Positions 8,729 through 16,633 of a stretch of DNA of 50,552 nucleotides are shown here, one piece after another. The notes below the pieces were generated by a model. That model had not been told where the DNA came from. It saw only the letters and a program-made list of their open reading frames with translations, and ran no database searches. Position 1 is the stretch's first letter; every line of letters starts with the position of its first letter. Source of the DNA: Polyangiales bacterium (lineage in GTDB: Bacteria > Myxococcota_A > Polyangia > Polyangiales > Houyiibacteriaceae). The stretch lies in the NCBI GenBank assembly GCA_045106895.1, contig JBGCFM010000096.1, positions 1-50,552 of the forward strand, written 5' to 3'. The position numbers were made by a program, and so were the translations under genes.

Positions 8729-9672
8729 AACGCGAAACACAGAAGCTCATCATCGCCTTCATGGCGACGGCACTCATGATGACGATGCAGGGCTGCGGTG
8801 AGGGACTTGAGCCCACGAGTCGGATCACGAAGGCGCGCATCGTTGGCGTGGAGTCTCTCGTTCAGGAAGACCCGTCGAGAACGAACGCGCGTCCAGGCGA
8901 GACCCTCGACGTGACGCTGCTCGTCACGCAGCCGGGAGAGCCAACGGACAACACGTGGGCTTTTGTCATCTGCGAGCCTGCGGCGACAACCTTCGGGGTT
9001 CCGCGCTGCGAAGAAGGCGAGCCGCTCGCTTTCGTTTCCTCCATGACGCCCATCGCCGAAGCCCCGTCGTTCTCGTTCCAGATCCCAGAAGGCACAGACC
9101 GCGACCTGCTCTACGTCGGCGGAGTCTGCTTAGGCGGAACGTTGAGCCCAGCGCTGTTGAGCGACGATGCTCCCATCGACCCTTGTGCAGAGAGCGGCGT
9201 TGGTCGCCTCGTGACCGGCGCCCTCCGAGTTCAAATCGACGGCGACGTTGAGAACCACGCGCCCCGTATCGAAGAGCTGACCCTCGATGAGGAGCCGTGG
9301 ATTCCGACGACCCCGTTTCCCACGGGGAGCTGTCGCGACTCCGCTTTGCCGCGGGTCTCCTACTCGAGCGAGGACGTCGCGCGCATCGAAGTCTTCCCGA
9401 GCGATGACTCGCGCGAAACGAGAGACGTGTCCGGTGAGACTGAAGAGTTGCCCGTCGCGTTCTTCTCGACGGAACGTGGTTTGACTCGCTTCTACAGTGT
9501 CATCGACGACGTTCGCGCTCACGCCACGGCGGACTTCGACACCCGCGAGATCACCGAGAGCGACGCGCAGACCATCCCTGAGGACGGACGCGTCGTCCGC
9601 TTCGAGTTTGTGATGCGTGACGATCATGGCGGCGTGGATCAGGAGACGCGCGCGCTTTGTCTGCTCCCCTAA
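8725..9672 (+). CDS. Hypothetical lipoprotein partner of the TBDR
   Basis: ATGA overlap with the TBDR; lipobox-like MQGC; C-terminal VMRDDHGGVD. Confidence 0.75.
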   Translation: MKRETQKLIIAFMATALMMTMQGCGEGLEPTSRITKARIVGVESLVQEDPSRTNARPGETLDVTLLVTQPGEPTDNTWAFVICEPAATTFGVPRCEEGEPLAFVSSMTPIAEAPSFSFQIPEGTDRDLLYVGGVCLGGTLSPALLSDDAPIDPCAESGVGRLVTGALRVQIDGDVENHAPRIEELTLDEEPWIPTTPFPTGSCRDSALPRVSYSSEDVARIEVFPSDDSRETRDVSGETEELPVAFFSTERGLTRFYSVIDDVRAHATADFDTREITESDAQTIPEDGRVVRFEFVMRDDHGGVDQETRALCLLP

Positions 9673-9763
9673 GCGCGGGATGCGTTTTGGTGCCAAGGAT
9701 TTCTCACGCCTGGGGTTTCTCTCTGGTGGTACACACCCGTCATCACCACCCAAGGAGTCTCCG

Positions 9764-10858
9764 ATGCGCCGCCTCTTTCTCACCATCCTCCTCGCCCTCG
9801 GTTCCGCCTGCGGTTCCGAAGCGGAGCAACCTCCGGTTTCTGTAGAGCCGCCGGAATCGCCCGAAGCCCAGGAGACCACGGAGGCGGAGAACGTGGACGA
9901 GGCCGAGGCTGTCGCCTACGAGCTTCACGAGTGGGGCCTTCTGGACGTGGCGCCGGACGGACACTTTGAGCTCGCCGCGGGGCCCGGTGACCCGCAGCCG
10001 GCGACGCCAACGCCAACGCCAACGCCAACGCCAACGCCGACGCCGACGCCAACGCTGCCGACACCTCCCCCGGTCGTGCAGCAGCCCGTGCGTCCGCCCT
10101 CCGGCGGACGTCGCAAGCCCGTCGTCTACGTTCATGCCGACGCGCCCGTTGAGTTTCAGCTCGAGGTCCGGACCTCCGGCCCCGTGGCAGAACATTGGCC
10201 ACCCACTACCGTCGAAGACCAGCGGATCCGCTGGCAGGTCGCCGCACAACCCGGCGCTTGCACGTCCGGTAGCTACCCAAGCGCCGATAGCCCCCAGTGT
10301 GCAAACGCGCCGGACGGCTACTGCGAGCTCGCGGACCTTCCCGGGTATGAGACCGCCGACGGCGCGTGTCTCACGGTGGACGGGCAGACCTGGGATCACC
10401 TCTTCTACCGAAGCGGCGGCACCGCGCCCACGCTTCCGCTCCGTGTGACCTCAAGCGATGGCGAGGTCAGCATCGAGAACGTGTCCCTCGCGTCTCCTCA
10501 GGGTGGCGTCTATCGCTTCTCGCGCACAGGCTCGGAGACACTCGTCCAGCGAATCGACATGCCCGCCGTGGGAGCCACCGCGACGATGGCTCAAGGAACA
10601 ACCTCCCCTGGAGTGCGCGAAGAGCTCTCGGGGCTCCTGCGCAGCGGAGGTCTCACGGACGACGAAGCGCGAGCCTTTGAGCAAGCATGGTTCGACGAGC
10701 TCTTCGACAACGGCTCCACCGGCGGCGCCCCCGTGGTGGAGGACGCCATCATCTACATCCTGCCGATGGCGCACCTCGACCCGGTCTCCCAGCTCGTCGC
10801 CGAACCTGCGCCCACACAGATCAAACGAATGTTCTGGGTTCGCGTCTCCGTCGATTAG
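9764..10858 (+). CDS. Hypothetical lipoprotein with Pro-Thr linker (HEWG / KPVVYVH / LFYR motifs)
   Basis: RBS AAGGAG before ATG 9764; LALGSAC lipobox; conserved-looking motifs HEWG, RKPVVYVH, EHWP, LFYR, GLTDDEARAF..AW. Confidence 0.75.
   Translation: MRRLFLTILLALGSACGSEAEQPPVSVEPPESPEAQETTEAENVDEAEAVAYELHEWGLLDVAPDGHFELAAGPGDPQPATPTPTPTPTPTPTPTPTLPTPPPVVQQPVRPPSGGRRKPVVYVHADAPVEFQLEVRTSGPVAEHWPPTTVEDQRIRWQVAAQPGACTSGSYPSADSPQCANAPDGYCELADLPGYETADGACLTVDGQTWDHLFYRSGGTAPTLPLRVTSSDGEVSIENVSLASPQGGVYRFSRTGSETLVQRIDMPAVGATATMAQGTTSPGVREELSGLLRSGGLTDDEARAFEQAWFDELFDNGSTGGAPVVEDAIIYILPMAHLDPVSQLVAEPAPTQIKRMFWVRVSVD
10004..10051 (+). repeat. Hexanucleotide tandem repeat (ACGCC[A/G])x8 encoding (TP)8
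   Basis: Read directly from the sequence. Confidence 0.9.
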
Positions 10859-10912
10859 TCTGCGTGAGACCGGCGCCCTGGCACTTCGCAACAGGGGCGC
10901 TACACATCTTCG

Positions 10913-11332
10913 GTGGAGAACTTCACCCCCATCGCATCAACCCTAGGCGGACTGCTCATCGGCGTCGCCTCGGCCATGGTCCTTGTATTCAACGGTCGCA
11001 TCGCCGGCATCAGCGGGGTGTCCGGCGGGATCTTTCGCTTTGAAAAGGGCGACCTGCTCTGGCGTTCGCTCTTCGTCGGCGGCCTCGTTCTGGGCGGACT
11101 CGCCGCGTACCTGGTCGCTCCGGCGGCGTTCGAAATCGCCACCGGCAGACCGCTCTGGGTCCTCGCCATCGCAGGTCTTCTCACCGGCGTTGGCACCCAG
11201 CTCGGCGGAGGCTGCACCAGCGGGCACGGCATCTGCGGGCTCGGCCGTTTCTCGATGCGCTCCCTTGTCGCGGTGCTGACCTTCCTACTGACAGCGGCGA
11301 TCACCGTCGCCGTCTACGGGGGTCCATCATGA
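10913..11332 (+). CDS. YeeE/YedE family sulfur-compound transporter subunit
   Basis: GRIAGISG and GTQLGGGCTSGHGICG motifs. Confidence 0.9.
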   Translation: MENFTPIASTLGGLLIGVASAMVLVFNGRIAGISGVSGGIFRFEKGDLLWRSLFVGGLVLGGLAAYLVAPAAFEIATGRPLWVLAIAGLLTGVGTQLGGGCTSGHGICGLGRFSMRSLVAVLTFLLTAAITVAVYGGPS

Positions 11333-11766
11333 GCCGGACGCGCGAGTACCTCGTCGCGTTCTCAGCCGGGCTCATCTTCGCCATCGGCCTAGCCATCGCG
11401 GGCATGACGCAGCCCGCGAAGGTGATCTCCTTCTTCGACTTCAAAAGCGGCATCGACTCCTGGGACCCGAGCATCGCCTTTGTGATGGGCGCTGGACTCC
11501 TCATCTACGTCCCCGTCTACCGTGTGGTGCGCGCACGGCAGAGACCACTCTTCGACACCAAGTTTCGTCTCCCAACGCGCAAAGACATCGACGTGAAGCT
11601 CATCTTCGGCTCCGCGCTCTTCGGCATCGGCTGGGGGCTTGGAGGCTTCTGCCCCGGACCCGCGTTCACCTCCCTCGCCACCGGCGCCATCGACGTGCTC
11701 GTCATGGTCGCGTGCATGTTCATCGGCATGGCCCTCGTCCAGCGCATCCAACTTCGGGCCAAGTGA
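11329..11766 (+). CDS. YeeE/YedE family (second-type) membrane protein
   Basis: GLAIAGMTQPAKVISFFD, WDPS, FGIGWGLGGFCPGP motifs. Confidence 0.9.
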   Translation: MSRTREYLVAFSAGLIFAIGLAIAGMTQPAKVISFFDFKSGIDSWDPSIAFVMGAGLLIYVPVYRVVRARQRPLFDTKFRLPTRKDIDVKLIFGSALFGIGWGLGGFCPGPAFTSLATGAIDVLVMVACMFIGMALVQRIQLRAK

Positions 11767-12158
11767 TGCTTCGATTCGCGATCCTCGCTCTTGCCCTTGT
11801 TTCCTGCGGACCGAGCATTCCACCCGTAGGCGCGCGCTCCCAAGCGCCCATCGCCGTGAGCGTCGAGGACAGCTGCGAAGACCTGGCGGCGCACGAGTTT
11901 TCCATCGAGGGGGTGGAGCGCGAGGGGGACTTTCTCTTGGTGCAAGTCAGCCACGCCGGCGGCTGTGGCCCCCACAGCTACGCGGCCTGCTGGAGCGACG
12001 AGGTCCTCGCCTCCGACCCACCCTCTTTTGAGCTACGCCTCTTTCACAACGCCGAAGCGGACATGTGCGAAATGCTGGTCACGGAGGTGCTGCGTATCCC
12101 CATCCGAGGAGACATGCAGCCGAGTTTCCTTCGCGAAACCAGCGTCGTCCTCAACTAG
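11766..12158 (+). CDS. Hypothetical lipoprotein (GGC..H / D.CE motif)
   Basis: TGATG coupling; MLRFAILALALVSC lipobox; HAGGCGPH...HNAEADMCE. Confidence 0.7.
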   Translation: MLRFAILALALVSCGPSIPPVGARSQAPIAVSVEDSCEDLAAHEFSIEGVEREGDFLLVQVSHAGGCGPHSYAACWSDEVLASDPPSFELRLFHNAEADMCEMLVTEVLRIPIRGDMQPSFLRETSVVLN

Positions 12159-13099
12159 TAACGCGCGCGCCGGCCCTGTTGAGCCCGGTATTGCTCGTTT
12201 CGTCGGTTCTGACGATGCGCACGTCGTCGCCGCTGTGGCTGCGCATCCGCGAGACAGGCGAGCTGGTTGGATGAGCCTGCGTTGTGACGTGCACAAGCGG
12301 CCACGAGGTCCGGTGCGGGAGAGTAGCTCAAGCACTGGAGCTGGTTTCGTGAGCCGCTGAACCAACGCGCGCAGCTCTGAATGGCACCTGCGCCGCCGAC
12401 CCGTGCATGCTCGAGACACTGGAGCTGGTTTCGGGAACCGCTGTACCAGCGCGCGCACTGCTCGACGTGAGCGCCGGACGCTGCGCGGTCGAGACACTGG
12501 AGCTGGTTCTGCGAACCGCTGAACCAACGTACGCAGGTCGCGATGAGCCCTGAGCCCACACGCTGAGCGCGCTGGAGACACTGGAGCTGGTTCTGAGAGC
12601 CGCTGAACCATCGTACACATTGCTCCACATGAGCGTCTTGGGCGGCGATGTTCAGACACTGCAACTGGTTTTGGGAACCACTGAACCAACGGGCGCAGCT
12701 TTGAACCCGTGAGGCTGGCACGCGGCGCTGTCGAAGCGCGCGAACGCACGCACGCTGACTGTTGCCGCTAAACCAACGACCGCATTCGTTGATAGCGACG
12801 ACGTTCCGAGGATGATGATCGCGCGGGTTCGGCTGGTAGCTGCGAGGGTCGCCACGCCGCGCGCGGGGAGGCGGCTGCACGTTGCGTTCTACGCGACGGG
12901 TTCGCACGCGGGAAGGCGGCTGCACGTTGCGTTCTACGCGACGGGTTCGCACGCGGCGTTGGCGCCGGCGTTGGCTCCGTTGCGTGCGAACGTTGCTCTG
13001 CTGATGCCAGCCAGAGCTACGTTGCGCGAAGGACTCGCTTGGTGGAGTAAGAAGAGTCAGCGTGAGGCTGAGTCCGAGTGCGATCTTCCAGGGCGCCAT
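12155..13099 (-). CDS. Secreted Arg-rich protein with seven CxRWFSGSxNQLQCL repeats
   Basis: Signal peptide, Arg-rich N-region, and tandem two-Cys repeats with synonymous variation between copies. Confidence 0.75.
   Translation of the reverse strand: MAPWKIALGLSLTLTLLTPPSESFAQRSSGWHQQSNVRTQRSQRRRQRRVRTRRVERNVQPPSRVRTRRVERNVQPPPRARRGDPRSYQPNPRDHHPRNVVAINECGRWFSGNSQRACVRALRQRRVPASRVQSCARWFSGSQNQLQCLNIAAQDAHVEQCVRWFSGSQNQLQCLQRAQRVGSGLIATCVRWFSGSQNQLQCLDRAASGAHVEQCARWYSGSRNQLQCLEHARVGGAGAIQSCARWFSGSRNQLQCLSYSPAPDLVAACARHNAGSSNQLACLADAQPQRRRRAHRQNRRNEQYRAQQGRRARY
12869..12956. repeat. Perfect 43-bp direct repeat (45-bp period) within the CDS, encoding RVRTRRVERNVQPP twice
   Basis: aggcggctgcacgttgcgttctacgcgacgggttcgcacgcgg at 12869 and 12914. 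Confidence 0.9.
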
Positions 13100-13315
13100 A
13101 GAAAAGAGACGCGGGCCTCGCCCGTTTGTTCACTCGGAGACGCAACTTGTGTGGGCTCAAGCCAACGAACGTAGGCTCGAGACAACGATGCCGTGGCGAT
13201 CAGCGCGCGATCAACGCGACTTCGCTGACGCAGCAGCGACCGGTGGAGCCGCGCTCGGGCGGATCCGGTTGCGTGTCCTCGGGGGAGATCGGCGTGGTCC
13301 TCGCGTACTATTTCC

Positions 13316-13870
13316 GTGGAGCCTGAAGTCCGGACGATTCAGCCATTTCGCGGCCCGGCTCTCGTCTCAGCCGGCGCCGTGGGCGGGCTCGCGCTCTGGT
13401 ACGGCTGTTTCCCCTCCATGTACTACATGGCCTGGCTTTTCTTCGTCATGCTTCTCTGGACGGTCCCCATCATCGTCGCCGGAGCACACGTCGCGATGCA
13501 GGCCCTTTGGCAGCGGGTGAGGGGCCGACGCGTCCGCGCAGAGATGAGCGGCATAGGTTTTATGTTGGCGTGGGTCCTTCTGTGCACGACGGCCGTACTC
13601 TTCAAGGCACCGCTTCGGGTCCACTTCGCGATGGCTCGGAGCACACTCGACGAGATTCGAACGGAGCCCACAGAGCACACGCGGAGCGCCGCAGGGTTTC
13701 AGATCGACGACGTCCGCGAAGGACGCTGCGACACGAGCCGGCGGCTCTTTCATATTCGCAACGACGACAGCTTCTTCGTCTACAGCCCGCATGGAGTCGA
13801 TGGCCTTTGCTACAACACGGGCAGCCACGGCGCTCTTGGCGGCGGCTGGTATTGGATGGTCGAGGACTAG
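13316..13870 (+). CDS. Hypothetical membrane protein (about 3 TM helices)
   Basis: Hydrophobic segments; C-terminal LGGGWYW. Confidence 0.65.
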   Translation: MEPEVRTIQPFRGPALVSAGAVGGLALWYGCFPSMYYMAWLFFVMLLWTVPIIVAGAHVAMQALWQRVRGRRVRAEMSGIGFMLAWVLLCTTAVLFKAPLRVHFAMARSTLDEIRTEPTEHTRSAAGFQIDDVREGRCDTSRRLFHIRNDDSFFVYSPHGVDGLCYNTGSHGALGGGWYWMVED

Positions 13871-13939
13871 GCTTAGAACGTCGTACGCTGTTCGAGAGCG
13901 AGCTCTTACGAAGCGCGCTTTGCCAGCTAAGGTCTCCTT

Positions 13940-15655
13940 ATGCTTCGACTCGCGCCTCTTTTCTGCATATTGGCACTGGGCAGCGCATCGACACTGGGCT
14001 GCGGCTCCGCGCCCGGCCGCCAAACGACGCCGGAGCTTGCGACTCCCGTCGAGATAGCCGCCGCGGCTGAGGCCCCGCTCGACATTCATCTCGGCGAGAG
14101 CATGTGGCAGCTCGATAACGAGCACTGCCAGACCATCCTTTTGCCGCACCAAGCTCTTCCGCGGAATCCTGGGGCCTGCCTCAACGTGGACTTGCACGGC
14201 GGTGTCTCGGCGGCGCTTCTCCGCGAAGTCGACCTCATCGCAGCACAGGTGCCGGTGCTCCTCTCCATTGAACCCGGCATCGTCTTCCCCGACGTGACGA
14301 TGCGCCACGTGGTGGCCCTCTCACTCGGCGGTGGTCGCTACGACGCGGCTCCTCTTCCGCCACGAAGGCTCTTTCCTGCAGTGCGTTACCTCGCGACGAA
14401 CCGCGCGACGGTGATGCCGGATCGCGACTGGCTTGAGGCGGATGAAGTCTTGCTGGGCCTCACGCTCATGGACGAAGACTCGCTCACAGCCATTCGCGCC
14501 GTGGCCGACAGAGTGATCGCGCTCCGGGCGTACGCCTCAGTCGCAGGCCGGCAAGAGGAGCTCGCTCGCCTGACGAACTTGAGGGACGTGCGAATCGGAA
14601 ACGCCCCGGAGCAGCTGGAGGCGCTCCCGACGACGGTAACGCACTTCGTCATTCGTGGCGCGAACGATGCGACGCTGGCTGTGCTGCCCCGCTTCGTGCA
14701 CCTGCGATCACTGGCTCTCGATGCAGCCAACGTGGAGACCTTACGCCCGCTCTCCGGCCTAGGTCTGATGCACCTCTCGCTGCGACAAGCGCGCCTCGGC
14801 GAGAACGCCCTCCTCGAGCTATCAGATTTGCCGCGCCTCACCCATCTCGACCTGTCCCGCGCACAGCTCGGCGAGAACGCTCGCGTCGAGCTCGACTTTC
14901 CACACCTCACCCACCTTGACCTCTCCGGAACAAGCAACGTGGATGACCGCATTGCGCGCTTCCTCGCGGCGATGACGTCACTGGAGGTACTCCACCTGTG
15001 GCGAGCAGAGATCGACGACACGCGTTTCCTCGCAGGCTTGAGTAACCTCCATACGCTCAGCCTCTCCGGCGCCGGCATCACAGACGAAGATGTTGCCGTG
15101 CTCTCAGGCCTCTCGTCGCTCCGTTCACTTTCACTTCGGGGAACGAGGGTCACCGAGGCCGCACTCCAAGCGCTCCCTCCCGTCGAGGACCTGCATATCG
15201 GGAATACGCGGATCGCCAATCTCTGTGCGCATGTGGCCCGGCTCCGCTCGCTACGAAGTCTCAATCTGTCCGACAGCGGGATTCTGGATGCGGGCCTATC
15301 GTGCATCTCTCAGCTGGCAGAGCTAGAGACGCTCGACCTTGGGGGTACTTACATCAGCAATGCGTCTATAGGAGAGATCGCGCGCCTACCGGAGCTGCGT
15401 GACCTCAGTCTCATGACCACCATGCTCAGCGATGCTGGGCTCGCGGAGCTCAGTCGATTGGAAACCCTCCGCGTCCTCGACGTTTCGGGAGCGCCCCTCA
15501 CAGACGCGAGCGTCGAGCCGCTCCTCGCGATGGAACTTCAGGACGTTGGTCTCGACGGCACGCAGCTAAGCGAGAGCGCACAAGAGCGCATCCGCAGCGC
15601 GCTCTCGTCCGAGGTTCAGACCGAACACCGCATACAACCTACTCAACCTCATTGA
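13940..15655 (+). CDS. Leucine-rich repeat lipoprotein
   Basis: Signal peptide ending STLGC; many LxxLxLxxxxIxD repeats (LTHLDLS, LHTLSLSGAGITD, LETLDLGGTYISN, LRVLDVSGAPLTD). Confidence 0.85.
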   Translation: MLRLAPLFCILALGSASTLGCGSAPGRQTTPELATPVEIAAAAEAPLDIHLGESMWQLDNEHCQTILLPHQALPRNPGACLNVDLHGGVSAALLREVDLIAAQVPVLLSIEPGIVFPDVTMRHVVALSLGGGRYDAAPLPPRRLFPAVRYLATNRATVMPDRDWLEADEVLLGLTLMDEDSLTAIRAVADRVIALRAYASVAGRQEELARLTNLRDVRIGNAPEQLEALPTTVTHFVIRGANDATLAVLPRFVHLRSLALDAANVETLRPLSGLGLMHLSLRQARLGENALLELSDLPRLTHLDLSRAQLGENARVELDFPHLTHLDLSGTSNVDDRIARFLAAMTSLEVLHLWRAEIDDTRFLAGLSNLHTLSLSGAGITDEDVAVLSGLSSLRSLSLRGTRVTEAALQALPPVEDLHIGNTRIANLCAHVARLRSLRSLNLSDSGILDAGLSCISQLAELETLDLGGTYISNASIGEIARLPELRDLSLMTTMLSDAGLAELSRLETLRVLDVSGAPLTDASVEPLLAMELQDVGLDGTQLSESAQERIRSALSSEVQTEHRIQPTQPH

Positions 15656-15670
15656 GCGCGCGGCGTCCGC

Positions 15671-16534
15671 TTAGCCAAATACGATGGTCTTTTTGCCGTT
15701 CAGGATCACTCGGTGCTCCGCCTGGAAGTGCACCGCACGAGCCAGCACACGCTGTTCGATCTCGCGGCCGATCACCACGAGCTTCTTTGCGTTGGAGGAA
15801 TGCGAGACGCGCGCGACGTCTTGTTCAATGATCGGGCCTTCGTCCAGGTCCGCGGTGACGTAGTGCGCCGTGGCGCCAATGATCTTTACGCCACGCTTGT
15901 GTGCCTGATGGTACGGCCTCGCCCCTTTGAAGCCTGGCAAGAACGAGTGATGAATGTTGATGATGCGACCGGGAAACTGCGCGCAGAACTCGGGTGAGAG
16001 AATCTGCATGTAGCGAGCGAGCACCACGAAATCGATCTTCTCTCTCGCGATCAGCGCCGTGATCTGCGCTTCCTGCGCCACCTTCGTCGCGCGCGTGACG
16101 GGCACGTGGTGAAAAGGAATGTCATGGCGCGCCACCAACTCTTGCAGGTCGTTGTGGTTCGACATTACAGCGCGAACGTCGATGGGTAGGTCGCCTCGAC
16201 CTTGGCGGTAGAGCAGGTCCGTCAGGCAATGATCGTACTTCGACACCAGTATGAGAACGCGCGGCAGGTCGCTCATATCGTTGAGCGAATAGGTCATCTC
16301 CAGCTCCGCCGCGAGCTGCGCAACGTCCGTGCGTAGCGCCTCGATCTGCGACGGGTCACGATCGATCACAAACGAGATGCGCATGCAGAAGAGCGACGTC
16401 GAAGGGTCACCGAACTGCGCACTTTCAACGATATTCGCGCCGAGTTTCCCCAGCACCCCGGTGACCTTATGAACGATCTGGCGTTGATCTGGGCACGTCA
16501 GGGTGAGGACGAATGTCGCATCGGGCTGGGTCAT
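15671..16534 (-). CDS. purU: Formyltetrahydrofolate deformylase
   Basis: ACT-like N-terminus (LTLTCPD), VSKYDHCL, VVLARYMQILS, INIHHSFLPGFKGARPYHQAH, DLDEGPIIEQD. Confidence 0.96.
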   Translation of the reverse strand: MTQPDATFVLTLTCPDQRQIVHKVTGVLGKLGANIVESAQFGDPSTSLFCMRISFVIDRDPSQIEALRTDVAQLAAELEMTYSLNDMSDLPRVLILVSKYDHCLTDLLYRQGRGDLPIDVRAVMSNHNDLQELVARHDIPFHHVPVTRATKVAQEAQITALIAREKIDFVVLARYMQILSPEFCAQFPGRIINIHHSFLPGFKGARPYHQAHKRGVKIIGATAHYVTADLDEGPIIEQDVARVSHSSNAKKLVVIGREIEQRVLARAVHFQAEHRVILNGKKTIVFG

Positions 16535-16576
16535 TGAGGTCTTCTAGCAGGCTTTTTATGGCCGGCGTCAAAGTGC

Positions 16577-16608
16577 GGACGAGGGCGCTTGTCTAGACGC
16601 TCTCGTCC
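16577..16608. terminator. Possible stem-loop between the clpB-like gene and purU
   Basis: GGACGAGGGCG-N10-CGCTCTCGTCC imperfect inverted repeat; no clear U-tract. Confidence 0.3.
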
Positions 16609-16633
16609 CCAGGCCCGAATACCTGCCTTCGCC

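Noticed and set aside
12332..12692. CRISPR-like array (~36-bp repeats separated by ~42-48-bp unique stretches)
   Set aside because: Periods are multiples of 3 (84/78), differences are mostly synonymous, it lies inside an ORF with a signal peptide, and no cas genes are present. It is a protein repeat.
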